Shown here one piece after another: positions 36,005 through 46,684 of a stretch of DNA of 64,000 nucleotides; within the stretch, counting starts at the first letter, position 1, and each line of letters starts with the position of its first letter. The position numbers and the translations under genes are program-made. The notes beneath the pieces are model-generated. The model searched no databases, was not told where the DNA came from, and saw only the letters and a list, made by a program, of their open reading frames with translations. The stretch lies in IMG/VR virus record IMGVR_UViG_3300009158_000043; one strand, given 5' to 3'. Source of the stretch: an uncultured virus (IMG/VR IMGVR_UViG_3300009158_000043) (taxonomy: Duplodnaviria > Heunggongvirae > Uroviricota > Caudoviricetes).

Positions 36005-36391
36005 TTACTTTGCAGGTTCTTCTTCAGGTGCTTCTTCTCCTTCTGGAGCTTCTTCGCCTTCTGGAGCTTCTTCGCCTTCTTTTCCTTCTTCCTCTTCGCC
36101 TTCTTCACCACCTTCAAGTTTTTCAACTCTTTCAGTTAAGTCTTCAATCATAGCTTTTAAACTATCAAGAGTTACAGGTTCAGTTTCTTCTCCTTCTGGA
36201 GCTTCTTCTCCTTCTGGAGCTTCTTCTTCCTCTGGATTAGCTCCAAATTTAGCGTCAGTATTCCAATCATCGAGTGATTCAATTTTATTGTTTACGATTC
36301 CGGCAGGGTTACTGTTTTTTGGGCTATAATCACCCATATCTTGTTCATTTACACAGGTTTTCATAAAGCCTGCAAAGTTCTTTACTCTCAT
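36005..36391 (-). CDS. Acidic low-complexity protein, possible head scaffold/core component
   Basis: EEAPEG repeats; NFAGF..VNE N-terminus. Confidence 0.75.
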   Translation of the reverse strand: MRVKNFAGFMKTCVNEQDMGDYSPKNSNPAGIVNNKIESLDDWNTDAKFGANPEEEEAPEGEEAPEGEETEPVTLDSLKAMIEDLTERVEKLEGGEEGEEEEGKEGEEAPEGEEAPEGEEAPEEEPAK

Positions 36392-36425
36392 TGTTAATTC
36401 AATTTTTTATTATTTATCTGATAAA

Positions 36426-36929
36426 TTAACTCGTTTTCTCAGTTTGTAACTCAGCTTTAAGCAAATTGATCTTTTCATCGATTTTACGAATTGCCTCCAT
36501 TGATTGACGAAACATCATCGATACTGAAAATAATCGTTGTGCAGACTCGATACCCTTTCCGCTAATCTTCGTTAAGAAGAAATTAATTGGTTCAATAGTA
36601 GATGCAGGTAATTGAATTTTAATAGGTGTGGAGTCTTTTGGGTCCATTGCTTGTAACGTATTGTCAAGTGTTAAGACTGACATGATTATCAAGTATGCTT
36701 CATTTGGGCCTTTCCATTCAACTTTCTGATTGATTGTATTTTTAAGGAATTTTAAATCAGCATGATTGATTCGAACTTCGAATTCACCAGTACGGCGATT
36801 AATCAATTGATTTAATTGGTCTTGCGGAGTTACCGGTTCAGCGATTGCGTCGTCTTGAACTGGTGTAACAGCCGGTGTAGCAACTAGAGTTTCTTCTGCG
36901 CTTACTGTTGTGTTTTCGGTATTTTCCAT
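36426..36929 (-). CDS. Hypothetical protein
   Basis: 167-aa ORF. Confidence 0.75.
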   Translation of the reverse strand: MENTENTTVSAEETLVATPAVTPVQDDAIAEPVTPQDQLNQLINRRTGEFEVRINHADLKFLKNTINQKVEWKGPNEAYLIIMSVLTLDNTLQAMDPKDSTPIKIQLPASTIEPINFFLTKISGKGIESAQRLFSVSMMFRQSMEAIRKIDEKINLLKAELQTEKTS

Positions 36930-36974
36930 TTTTAGAATATTTTAATCTATTCTACTTAGGACAAGTAAATGGTT

Positions 36975-38663
36975 TTATGCCAGAGCAGCAGGTTCGACGT
37001 CTATTGTAAAATTTTTCTCAATTTGCTTGGCATTTGCATAAGTTTCAGTACCTTTAACTTCTTTGCCGCCTGCGTTCGCTTTAACAAATGCGTATGTCGC
37101 ATCTTCTTGATTAGTAAAGCTATTTGGGTCTAAATTTAATCTCTTTACTCCATTAATAAGTAAGGAAACTGCAACCTTTGCTGCAGTAGCTTTATCATTT
37201 AATAGATCGGGGTTATTTACAAGATCAAGACCAACTTCTTTACCATATTTGTCATATAAATACTTAAACGTTACTCCATTAAATCCGCGACCACGATATT
37301 TATATCCATCGCCAGGTGAAGTGTTTCCAGTTTCCCAACCAAGAAAAGATTTTGCTTCAGGTCCATAAATTACATCATAGAATTTTACATTGTCTTTTTT
37401 CAATTCTTCCAATTGAGGATCCGTGAATCGGGTAAGTCGTGCACCAAATATTCCTCGTAGTCTGGAATTATCAGTTCCGCTATAACTATATTCTGATTTT
37501 GGGATAAATCCGCTTTCTTTACCAATAACTGAAAGTATTCCAACTTGTGAATATGGATTTGTTAAATTTTCTTTTTCCATCTCACCAATTAAAATATTGA
37601 TATTTGCTGCTTTATCTCCAGTATATGTCGATTTAATTTTTCCACCAGCTACACTAATTGTATTTGGTACAGTCTTATTTGGAGTACTTCCAAATAGCGC
37701 AGAATATGTCTGCGGCCCAACTATTCCATCAACTCCAATATTACTTGCAGTTTGAAATGCTTTTACCGCATTATATGTATCTTTATCAAATTCTCCATTT
37801 GGCTCCTTAGTAAGAAGCCCTTTTTCTTTTAACTTCTTCTGAAGCTCAGTGACTGCATCACCAGTTGATCCAGACTTAAGTAATTTTGCGCCAGATTGAA
37901 TTTGTGCCATTGTGATATCTTGTTTATTTTTACTGTTTACTGTGGTAATCATCGTTGCGACAAACTCGCGATCCGTCATCTTGCCTGAAGACCAGTCAGT
38001 AAGCGCAGCCAATGGCATGCCAGCCGAATCTGATAACTCTTTCTTATTTTCAGGCGATAGTGCATTAATTTGATCTTTATTTTTAAGATATTGAATCGTA
38101 TTTGGTTTAGCCATTGCTGCATCAATTTGTGCATCACTTGGAGAATTAGCTGAATATGCAGTAGACTGAGTTTGTCCTTTTATGTCTTGTACACTAGCCG
38201 TATGTTCCCAATGCCATGGTTCTCTAGGAATATTTGAAAATCCATATGTTGCGGCATTCGCTTTTAACCAATTTAATGATTTATCGTAATTTGCTTGTTG
38301 TTCTTGTGATAGCGGACGTTGTGCTCCAGGACCTGCAAGATTTAGATCGACTGCGCTACCCCAACCATGATTAGATGTGCCAGGTGTTGCGGCTAGTCCG
38401 CCTTTTGAATATAATCCTTTTTCATCAGCAAGTTTTTGTTGTATTGCAAGAGTTCGATACGAATCTGTAATTCCCCAAGTAACACCATCTTTTTTTGCAG
38501 CATCCACCATTTTTGAGTAAGCGTCAGCTGCTGTTGGGTTTAACTTATGATTTGATGAATCTCCAGGTAAAGTTGGAATAATATCTAGAGTATCTGCCGA
38601 GAGTTGTCCGTTCGACGCTTCATGTATTGCCTTCCATTTATTATAATTTACAAGATATGTCAT
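36975..38663 (-). CDS. Modular peptidoglycan hydrolase: M15/VanY peptidase, PG-binding domain, GH19-like domain
   Basis: SYR, SNHGWG.AVD, EPWHW; LQKKL..FQ....VDGIVGPQT; KESGF, DGYKYRGRG, DLVNNPDLL. Confidence 0.88.
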   Translation of the reverse strand: MTYLVNYNKWKAIHEASNGQLSADTLDIIPTLPGDSSNHKLNPTAADAYSKMVDAAKKDGVTWGITDSYRTLAIQQKLADEKGLYSKGGLAATPGTSNHGWGSAVDLNLAGPGAQRPLSQEQQANYDKSLNWLKANAATYGFSNIPREPWHWEHTASVQDIKGQTQSTAYSANSPSDAQIDAAMAKPNTIQYLKNKDQINALSPENKKELSDSAGMPLAALTDWSSGKMTDREFVATMITTVNSKNKQDITMAQIQSGAKLLKSGSTGDAVTELQKKLKEKGLLTKEPNGEFDKDTYNAVKAFQTASNIGVDGIVGPQTYSALFGSTPNKTVPNTISVAGGKIKSTYTGDKAANINILIGEMEKENLTNPYSQVGILSVIGKESGFIPKSEYSYSGTDNSRLRGIFGARLTRFTDPQLEELKKDNVKFYDVIYGPEAKSFLGWETGNTSPGDGYKYRGRGFNGVTFKYLYDKYGKEVGLDLVNNPDLLNDKATAAKVAVSLLINGVKRLNLDPNSFTNQEDATYAFVKANAGGKEVKGTETYANAKQIEKNFTIDVEPAALA

Positions 38664-38682
38664 CGACTAATATTCTTTTCTT

Positions 38683-39192
38683 TTATTTATTTCCGCCTAA
38701 CACAAGAAGTCGGTCTAATATAATTAGTTGTGATCGTGTGATAATTGGATACGCTTCTTCTGGAGTAACAAATTTTGCCCAATCGACCTCTTCAATTTGG
38801 AGTTGGCTTATTGGCACACGTTCTGTTTCTAAGCCGATTTCAGAAAGATCATTTATTTTACAGATAAAATAGATGAGTTGTCGTTCAACTTTACGCGTTT
38901 TACTATAAAAATTAACTAGCTCTGGACTGGGATCGAGCTGTCCAGCATCTAATATTATTCCAGTTTCTTCGCGTAATTCACGAAGAGCAGCAGTAATCGG
39001 TTCTTCACCAGCTTCCATGCTTCCTTTTGGGATCCCGCAAATTCCACGTTGCCATGTACCACCAGTTGGGTGTACTAATAATATTTTATTTTGATAGATT
39101 ATCGCGACGCCGGCTGCCATTCTCTTTTTCAAGTTAGGATTAATGTCTTCGTAACCTTCACTGATATAGTCGTTAAAGTTCAGAATTACCAT
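38683..39192 (-). CDS. NUDIX hydrolase
   Basis: PKGSMEAGEEPITAALRELREETG. Confidence 0.92.
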   Translation of the reverse strand: MVILNFNDYISEGYEDINPNLKKRMAAGVAIIYQNKILLVHPTGGTWQRGICGIPKGSMEAGEEPITAALRELREETGIILDAGQLDPSPELVNFYSKTRKVERQLIYFICKINDLSEIGLETERVPISQLQIEEVDWAKFVTPEEAYPIITRSQLIILDRLLVLGGNK

Positions 39193-39364
39193 ACTTTATA
39201 TTCTTATATTTTGCTAATTGTAATGCTTCTCTCTTTTTAACAGATGGTTTCTTAAAAGTCTTGCGATCTCGAAGCTCACGAATAGTACCTACCTGATCGC
39301 TCTTCTGTCGATATAACTTAAGACATGCCTCTATTTTTTTATTATTACAATTTATGATAATCAC
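39173..39364 (-). CDS. rpsU: Ribosomal protein bS21
   Basis: IE..LK.Y..K......RELRDRK.F.KPSVKKR......KY. Confidence 0.85.
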   Translation of the reverse strand: MIIINCNNKKIEACLKLYRQKSDQVGTIRELRDRKTFKKPSVKKREALQLAKYKNIKYGNSEL

Positions 39365-40212
39365 TAGTCTGCGTATTTTTTAAAATCAATTGAATGTTTT
39401 GGTTTAAGTAAAGCAGAGTCATAATATCTCTTCTTGTAATACGGTTTTATGTATGTTTCAAATAATTGGGTTTTAAACCAATTTGGTAATTTGGCAACAT
39501 AAAAATCTTCGTACGCGTTTTCGTACATTTTTATACTTTGTGATGGACTTAGGTTTAGAGAAGTTGAAATTGCATCTAAGTATAAATTATCACCAGACTC
39601 AACTAGTCCAAGATGATAGAAATCTAGTGGGTATTCTGAGGCGATTGATTCAATTATTGTATTTACTTGATCTAAGTATTTGAATCTTGAAGGATTAATA
39701 TCAAACCCTAGAGTATTTGTTTTTTCTTGAACATGAATCGGTCTGTCTTTAAATGCCAGCACATCGAATCGCGTATTAGGTATCTTCTTTTCTCTAAATA
39801 TTGGGAAGTGTCTTTCTGATTTTCTAAATTTTCCAAATGTTTTGAAGATCTCGGAATTATCACCATCAACTCCGGTGACAGGAAATTTTAAACCTTTGAC
39901 TTTTGATCGGTCAATTGTTGATTTAGGGATAAATTGATTGCCGCCAAGCTTTTCACAAAGTTCTTCGTATGTTGGAATCGGTTTAGTATTGAATATATAA
40001 CTTTCATTTACAGTATCTGTAGGATATTTAAAATTATTCCATAAAATGACTGGTGCAGTTGAACTCAATGCTCGAGTTTCTGAAGACTCTGTGATATGGT
40101 TAAATACGTCTACTCCATAATTCTCAGAGCAAGCTAGAACTACGCGTTTTTCAAAATTCTTTGGATCTTTTGAATAATATGCTGCATAATCTGTAAAATT
40201 CTTTAGTTTCAC
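39364..40212 (-). CDS. Hypothetical protein, possibly a degenerate ATP-grasp fold
   Basis: 282 aa; IPKS..LKFPV, DFY.L.L.E. Confidence 0.7.
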   Translation of the reverse strand: MKLKNFTDYAAYYSKDPKNFEKRVVLACSENYGVDVFNHITESSETRALSSTAPVILWNNFKYPTDTVNESYIFNTKPIPTYEELCEKLGGNQFIPKSTIDRSKVKGLKFPVTGVDGDNSEIFKTFGKFRKSERHFPIFREKKIPNTRFDVLAFKDRPIHVQEKTNTLGFDINPSRFKYLDQVNTIIESIASEYPLDFYHLGLVESGDNLYLDAISTSLNLSPSQSIKMYENAYEDFYVAKLPNWFKTQLFETYIKPYYKKRYYDSALLKPKHSIDFKKYAD

Positions 40213-40266
40213 GAGAATAGTCTTTTTATTATTTATCGCGAGGATAAATAAAATAAAGTATTTTTC

Positions 40267-41361
40267 ATGATTAAGTCATTCAATAATTGGTCCTCGTTAA
40301 CCGAAGCTATCGCCAAAGGTAAAGATACAATGACCGACCCTACATCTGGCAAGACACATAAGATTACATATAAGGTTCAATCCAATACTAAATTTGTTAT
40401 GAAAATAATTAACGATTTAGATGTAATTGACGCATCAAATAAATTAACTGCAACTGGAATAGAGGCAATTAAAAACTATCTTAATGATGAAGATCAATTT
40501 ACGATGACACTCGGTCAATTGACTCCTTCTTTCTTTACTAAAAAATTCATCGTTTATACTATTTTAAAAGATGGTGAGTTATTTGGGAGAACTAAACAGA
40601 AGATTCAATTTGAAATTATTGATAGAAATGATGCCTCTGGAGCACCAGTACACCCAAACATTACTGCAGGTATTCAATTTATTGACGATGTGAGTTTCAA
40701 AGCACTTTCAACTCTTGCACCAGCAATTGTTACTGATCTACTAAATACTGCAAATCAAGCGCAACTTCCCGATCCAGCAGCAGACGATGCTAAAGCAAAG
40801 GATGCCGGAAATAACGAAACAAAGAAAGAACAGGGTAAGAAATTCCTGTATACTATGCGAACAAATAGTAAACTTTATAAAATGGAGTTTATTGAAAATG
40901 GTTCAATTACTGCAAAGACGCAAGACGGGTCTGATCCAAACGGAACAGTATCATATGATACACAAAACAAGAAAGTAATGTGGACAACTACATTAGATGA
41001 TGCTGAATCAAAAGACAGTAAATTATCTAAGAGTACATCAACTCCATTATTTAGTGATTCTGAAATAACAAATACTCAAGATAAAACATTTTTGGAGAAA
41101 ATGTTCACAGATGCTGCATTTAGAAAGAAAACAATTGATGACTACGAAAAAGACTATGCATCGACTGAATTAACACCAGAAAATCTTCGTAAAATGTTAT
41201 TTTATAAAGATGGAAAATCAATTTTTGGTACAAATGCTCCTGCTGAAACTCCAGGAGCAGCAACTGCTGGACTAAGTAAAGATAAAGAGAATGCAATTAT
41301 TAAAGGATTAGCAGATCTTAAAACATCATTTAATACTCCTGCCCCTGCAAAAACTGCTTAA
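40267..41361 (+). CDS. Probable virion protein, N-terminus paralogous to 17157-18986
   Basis: 364 aa; SFNNWSSLTE. Confidence 0.75.
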   Translation: MIKSFNNWSSLTEAIAKGKDTMTDPTSGKTHKITYKVQSNTKFVMKIINDLDVIDASNKLTATGIEAIKNYLNDEDQFTMTLGQLTPSFFTKKFIVYTILKDGELFGRTKQKIQFEIIDRNDASGAPVHPNITAGIQFIDDVSFKALSTLAPAIVTDLLNTANQAQLPDPAADDAKAKDAGNNETKKEQGKKFLYTMRTNSKLYKMEFIENGSITAKTQDGSDPNGTVSYDTQNKKVMWTTTLDDAESKDSKLSKSTSTPLFSDSEITNTQDKTFLEKMFTDAAFRKKTIDDYEKDYASTELTPENLRKMLFYKDGKSIFGTNAPAETPGAATAGLSKDKENAIIKGLADLKTSFNTPAPAKTA

Positions 41362-41377
41362 AAATAACATATATTAC

Positions 41378-42982
41378 ATGTTTTTAGATAAACGACAATA
41401 CACACAAATCTATGAAAATTACTTAAATCCAGTTCTTGAACAGGGACCTGCTGTAATTTCAGACGATTTAAACACTCGACTTAAAGGGTATTTAGATAAT
41501 GACCAACTTCTTACGAAGCTCGGAGAAATCCTAACTGCTCACGACAAAGGAGAATATGAATTAACTGATCTTGATAAAAAGACATTTGGTATATCTGACG
41601 AAGATAGACTATTTGTAAAGGTTGATAAATCAGAAAAGGGTGATCCTAAGTTTTTTATGTGGATCATGAATGATCAGTTTCTATGGGGCGATCTAGATAT
41701 GGAAACAGCAGCAGCTATCTTAAAAGCCGGCGGTGAAGGAACTGACTGGACAGAACGCGGAGTAATTGGTTCAATTGGAAGTTTCTTTGGAGGAAATGGT
41801 TCTGGTGATGCTGGAACAGATGAAGGAACAATTGCATCTCTTGCTGGAGCATTCGCACAGATTGCTGCAGAAAAGAGTGTCGATCCACAAATCTATTTTG
41901 ATAAACTTGATGCTGTTTTCAAAGATAAGTATAACAAGTCAATTAAAGATTTTATGGAAGAGGAATTTAGCGGGTATGGAGAAGTAGTTTCATGTAATCT
42001 ATATCGTCGTAAAATTGAAGCATCAGTATTACGGGGATTGAATATTTGGAGTATACTCGGAGATGTAGCATTAACTATTGTTACCTTTGGAGGATCTGCA
42101 TCATTTACTGCAGGTTTAAAAGGTGCAGAAATTGCAAACGCTACATCAAAGGCAAGTAAATTAGCAAAAGCAACTGGCATGGCACAGGCAAGTGCAACAC
42201 TCGGTAGAGGAATTGGAGCGTTAGCTGATATTACAAGATTAAGTGCAGTATTTGCAAAATTAGAAAAAGCACGTCAAATTGCAGCTTTAGAAAAAATTGG
42301 AGTATCTGCAGGAAAAACGATTGAATATAATCGTGGTGGAAAAATGATAGCGCATGAAGTTGTTTCAGTAGGCGAAGGCGAAGTTAAATTAATGGTAAAA
42401 GGAACGAAACAGACTTTCTCTACACCATTTGAAAGAGTACCTGGATATCTTACTCCGGAAAAAGCAACCGAGTTATTTACCGTTGCTGGAGTTAATTTAA
42501 CTCCAATGGGAGTTCTAGCAGCTAAAAAGGCAGGAGATATTGGAACATCTGGTTCAACTCCAGCTGGCGCTGAAGAGCCTGGAATAGCAACAAAGGGTGC
42601 AGAAGCTATGGGATGGTATGATACAATGGCGGCAGATCCGAGTGCATATATTGCAAATGCAAAACAGCAAGGAGCATCAGATATTGCATCAATGTTACTT
42701 GATCTTAAAAACGGTAGCGGATTATTTGGAAACACTACTGACCAAGAAGAGTGTTCAATTGCTTTACTTATTACTGGATTAACTCCAGAAATGGCAAAAG
42801 AAGTTAGTATCGCATACGGAAAGATTGATGCTAAAATGAATGTCTATGCAGTATTAGATGATGAACTTGGTGGAGATATTGCAACCCTAGCAAAAGCATA
42901 CTGGACAGGTTGTACCGGCGAAGGTGATGAATATAAAGAATCAATCACAAATTTACTTGAAAAGATTAAGAAGAAAGATTAA
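41378..42982 (+). CDS. Probable virion protein with annexin-like GTDE motif
   Basis: 534 aa; AGTDEGTI; Gly/Ala-rich hydrophobic middle. Confidence 0.75.
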   Translation: MFLDKRQYTQIYENYLNPVLEQGPAVISDDLNTRLKGYLDNDQLLTKLGEILTAHDKGEYELTDLDKKTFGISDEDRLFVKVDKSEKGDPKFFMWIMNDQFLWGDLDMETAAAILKAGGEGTDWTERGVIGSIGSFFGGNGSGDAGTDEGTIASLAGAFAQIAAEKSVDPQIYFDKLDAVFKDKYNKSIKDFMEEEFSGYGEVVSCNLYRRKIEASVLRGLNIWSILGDVALTIVTFGGSASFTAGLKGAEIANATSKASKLAKATGMAQASATLGRGIGALADITRLSAVFAKLEKARQIAALEKIGVSAGKTIEYNRGGKMIAHEVVSVGEGEVKLMVKGTKQTFSTPFERVPGYLTPEKATELFTVAGVNLTPMGVLAAKKAGDIGTSGSTPAGAEEPGIATKGAEAMGWYDTMAADPSAYIANAKQQGASDIASMLLDLKNGSGLFGNTTDQEECSIALLITGLTPEMAKEVSIAYGKIDAKMNVYAVLDDELGGDIATLAKAYWTGCTGEGDEYKESITNLLEKIKKKD

Positions 42983-44880
42983 AACCTAGAATAAGGGATA
43001 ATATAACGAAGGTGTGAAAGTGATTCTTTTACACCTTTTTCTTTTTCTGAATGAGTCGTCGCATTTGCAAGTTCTGGAGTATCTACTGTTCCTTTACGAA
43101 CACTATTCCAAAAATCTTCAAACTGATCATCAGTATCACCATATTTTTTATAGATTACTGGAATAATACTTGGCTGACCAAATAATTTGGCATAATTGTT
43201 TTGATAATTTGTAATTCTATCAAATGTTTCTTTTTCACTAGAATCAAAATTTGCTGCAGGCAGATATGTTGCGCCAGCCTCTTCTTTTTGTTTGTGAATA
43301 TCTTGTGCAATCCATGTCTGCATAGCCGAATTTCCCCAATATTTAATTTCTTCTTCCTTATATCCAGCCTTCTGTGCGTCGACTCCAGTAATTAATTTAA
43401 TAATCTGTTTTCCAATGAATAGTGAAAGTTGACCTGCAGATTTTGTGACTCTCCAGCCTTTCTTTAAGAAATATTTACCGACTCCTTCAAGCATCTTAGT
43501 ATTAGATGATGCAACGCTTGAATAATATTTAGCAATTGCTTTTTCTTCGCCAACTGCAAATAAACCAGTTGCTTTTTTATCAAATACTTTGACTAGGTGC
43601 TCTGCTGGAAATTCTTTAGTTAGAAGCTTGCCGTCTGATCCGATAATTTTTGCAGTTTGTGTAACTGGATCGATTTCCATTGCGATTTTGCTATCCTTTA
43701 GCATAGCCTCAACTGCAACATCTGCGTCCTTTGCTGCAAGATCAAGAGCGACTTTTTCAGCTTCACCAAATTCTTTTGAAAAGTTACCAAGTTTTTCTCC
43801 ATACTTTGAGAAAGCTTTGCCCATTGTTTCAAAGAAACCTTTCAACGGCTTACCGATAAATGGAATCCAGCCAACCACTTTTCCAACAAATGCTTCAAAG
43901 AATTTTCCAAGCATGCCAGTAGCTTTGCCTAAAGCCTCAGTAACATTTTTTGCAATAAATCTTAATAATTTAATAGCTGGGCCACTCTCTTTTGCTGGTA
44001 ATTTAGCTAGCATTTCGCCGCCTTCTTTACTTCCGCCTTTCATCATTGCCATAATTACTGGCTCTGCGGCGTTTGCTCCAGGTTTAAGAAGCTTTATCAT
44101 ATCTCCTGCACCAAATACCAATGCTCCGATTAATGAAATACAGCCTAATAGCCATTTACCTCTAATGAAATAGATGATTGCGTTAATAATATCGGCAATG
44201 GCACCGACTCCGGGAATAATAAAATCACCAAATGCTCCAATAATATCAAGTAACAGATGCAGAATACCGATCGGCGATCCGCCTTCAGTAATTCCATCGT
44301 ATAAACTATTTAGAAAGCCTAAAACTCCACCTTTACTATGTTGAGTTGCAGCTCCTCCAGCAAGGGCTGCATCAAACTCTTCTGGAGTTCCTGCAATTTG
44401 ACCTGCTGGTGCAGGTGGAGTAGTAGATGCAGTTGCCGGTTTTGCGCCGCCAATTAGAGCAGCTTTTAATTGATCTCCAAATTGAGTAGTTGGAATCGCG
44501 GCTGCTGCCTGTTCAGTAAGTAGAGTAGTAAGTTTATCTTTTACACGAAGTCTAAAAATTTCAGCGGCTTCGTTTATTTTAGTTGAATTTGGAACTTTTA
44601 GCTTAATTTTAGCCTGTTCAAGTATCTCATTCTTTCCTGAGATAAGTTCCTTATAGTAATTAGTAACTGCTTTTGCACCCTGATTTAAAATCATATCTAG
44701 GTGTAGGTCAAACGCAAGATTCTCCGGAATCGACATTTCAGCAAGATTTAGCATCTTTGCTTCCCATTCAATGTTTTCAAAGGTTATTACTGGCGCAAAG
44801 ATATGCTCATTTCCTTTGAAATATTCATTTATTAGTTTGGTTGACTCCGGTTGAGAGCCGTATGCTGAAACATATTTCAT
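42979..44880 (-). CDS. Probable virion protein with hydrophobic pre-toxin-TG-like segment
   Basis: LHLLLDIIG..IPGVGAIADIINAIIY..G.W. Confidence 0.75.
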   Translation of the reverse strand: MKYVSAYGSQPESTKLINEYFKGNEHIFAPVITFENIEWEAKMLNLAEMSIPENLAFDLHLDMILNQGAKAVTNYYKELISGKNEILEQAKIKLKVPNSTKINEAAEIFRLRVKDKLTTLLTEQAAAAIPTTQFGDQLKAALIGGAKPATASTTPPAPAGQIAGTPEEFDAALAGGAATQHSKGGVLGFLNSLYDGITEGGSPIGILHLLLDIIGAFGDFIIPGVGAIADIINAIIYFIRGKWLLGCISLIGALVFGAGDMIKLLKPGANAAEPVIMAMMKGGSKEGGEMLAKLPAKESGPAIKLLRFIAKNVTEALGKATGMLGKFFEAFVGKVVGWIPFIGKPLKGFFETMGKAFSKYGEKLGNFSKEFGEAEKVALDLAAKDADVAVEAMLKDSKIAMEIDPVTQTAKIIGSDGKLLTKEFPAEHLVKVFDKKATGLFAVGEEKAIAKYYSSVASSNTKMLEGVGKYFLKKGWRVTKSAGQLSLFIGKQIIKLITGVDAQKAGYKEEEIKYWGNSAMQTWIAQDIHKQKEEAGATYLPAANFDSSEKETFDRITNYQNNYAKLFGQPSIIPVIYKKYGDTDDQFEDFWNSVRKGTVDTPELANATTHSEKEKGVKESLSHLRYIIPYSRF

Positions 44881-45000
44881 TAATACAGAATCTTTCTTAT
44901 TATTTATCTAGACTACACAGGTTAGTTTTTAATTATCTTTTCAAAAAGAGAACTGCAGTTTCTTAAATAGCGGTTGTAATATTTATCTAAACGCTTGAAA

Positions 45001-45189
45001 TCAATAGAATTGGGAGGATTGTGCATTTAAACGACCAATTAGTTCTCTAAATAGAGACACGTCATTTGTGCGGTTAAAAAATAGCACAACATATTTTGTC
45101 GCGGCTTCAATATGATCGACTGTTGTACAGCTTTCGATTACTCGAATTACTTTCTGTTCTATTTCTTGATTAGTCATATGTGTTTTCAC
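45001..45189 (-). CDS. Hypothetical protein
   Basis: 62 aa, operon tail. Confidence 0.65.
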   Translation of the reverse strand: MKTHMTNQEIEQKVIRVIESCTTVDHIEAATKYVVLFFNRTNDVSLFRELIGRLNAQSSQFY

Positions 45190-46240
45190 AATAGTTAAGG
45201 TAAGAATTAATAAAGGTTAAGTATGCCTTTTTCAAGTCGTCTTGGTCGCACTCATTTAAGTAAATAATGATTTCACGCAAATCATCCGGAGTATTAAACG
45301 AAAAAGTTTCACTTAAGAATGAAAATTTATATGAAACTGGGATCATTCCAAAAATCATCGCTTCATATATTCTGGCTGGAATAAATCGACGCTCGTCATA
45401 TTTTTCTTTAGTAACATTAATCATTACTAAATATTTTTCAAGCGTTGACCATACTGCTTGCCGCATATTTCGATAGGTCAATAGAATATTTGGTTGTAAA
45501 TTTTCAAGGTCTTTTTGCTTTCCAATGAGTATTAATTTTACGACATTTGGATTTCGAATACTTGTTGTTGATAATAAACCTAACACGTCCATTAGAATTG
45601 AACTTTTTGAGTTTCCGCTCTTATAATTTGAAGTATCAATATTTCCATAAAATACAGAAGCTTTCTCTTTTGTATAATTCTCTTTATGTACTGCGACACA
45701 CTCTAATAAGAACCGATTAGATATTCCTGGAAAATCAATAGATGGAATACTAATAGTTACTACGTCTCCATATATTTTATAAAATGATGTAGGCAATGAA
45801 AGATCAGTATCAAGTATTATGATATTTTCCTTAGTATAACCCGACGCAACTGCAGTATCAATAATCTCTTCGAAATCATGAGCATCTTTCCATTTTTTAG
45901 TAAGTGTTGAGATGTTTCTAAATCTAGCTTTAAGATATAGTTGTGAATATTTTTTAGTACGAATATTATCCAATACTGTACTTAAATATAACCCATATTC
46001 ATCAAACACATCGGTTCGATATTTAGCAAATACTTTTCCAAGATCAGTGTCTGGAAATTGAATACCCTTTGGGATTTCACCAGCCTGCAATTCCTTTGGG
46101 TAATACGAATAGAAATCAAATTTTTCGACTCCATACGATACTCTAATTGAGTCGATCAACCCTAGTTGATATAATGAATGTCCTGGCGAGTCAATTGTGT
46201 GTAGGTCGATTAGACCAAAATATGCATATAGTGCTTTCAT
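45170..46240 (-). CDS. Putative GT-B glycosyltransferase
   Basis: VFYGN, INVTK...RFIPARIYEAMIFGMIPV. Confidence 0.6.
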   Translation of the reverse strand: MKALYAYFGLIDLHTIDSPGHSLYQLGLIDSIRVSYGVEKFDFYSYYPKELQAGEIPKGIQFPDTDLGKVFAKYRTDVFDEYGLYLSTVLDNIRTKKYSQLYLKARFRNISTLTKKWKDAHDFEEIIDTAVASGYTKENIIILDTDLSLPTSFYKIYGDVVTISIPSIDFPGISNRFLLECVAVHKENYTKEKASVFYGNIDTSNYKSGNSKSSILMDVLGLLSTTSIRNPNVVKLILIGKQKDLENLQPNILLTYRNMRQAVWSTLEKYLVMINVTKEKYDERRFIPARIYEAMIFGMIPVSYKFSFLSETFSFNTPDDLREIIIYLNECDQDDLKKAYLTFINSYLNYCENTYD

Positions 46241-46246
46241 ATTCTG

Positions 46247-46684
46247 TTATATTGATTTTAAGTTAACTGGTTTTATTAGATTTTCAGGTCGCTTGGCCCA
46301 AGCCAAATACGTATTTAATACTCCATCAGTCGGCATAACGGTCAAATTTCCTTTCTGGAATATCTCCCAGGAATCTTGTGTATACTTACCTATTCCATAT
46401 AATTCACTAGGTTCGGACCAATCTAGGGTCATCCAGTCTATCGAGAATCGCCGAATAGTATTTGTTCGCCTATTCTTAAAGCCCAATGACGCAAGCAGAT
46501 CTGCCATCTCAAATGGATCAGCACAGGCTGCTTCAAGAGCATTTGGATATCTTCTAAAAAATTCTTCGCGAATCACATCTACCTGTTTTCTAGAAGTACA
46601 GTTTAACATGATACAACAAACGAGCATCCTCCACGGATGCTCGTTGTATATTTCTTGTAGTAAATTATATGGACTATTTCTCAT
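46247..46684 (-). CDS. MBD4-like HhH-GPD DNA glycosylase
   Basis: LLQE....PWRMLVCCIMLNCTS, LG...RR, ELYGIGKY..DS..IF, PTD..L..Y. Confidence 0.88.
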   Translation of the reverse strand: MRNSPYNLLQEIYNEHPWRMLVCCIMLNCTSRKQVDVIREEFFRRYPNALEAACADPFEMADLLASLGFKNRRTNTIRRFSIDWMTLDWSEPSELYGIGKYTQDSWEIFQKGNLTVMPTDGVLNTYLAWAKRPENLIKPVNLKSI

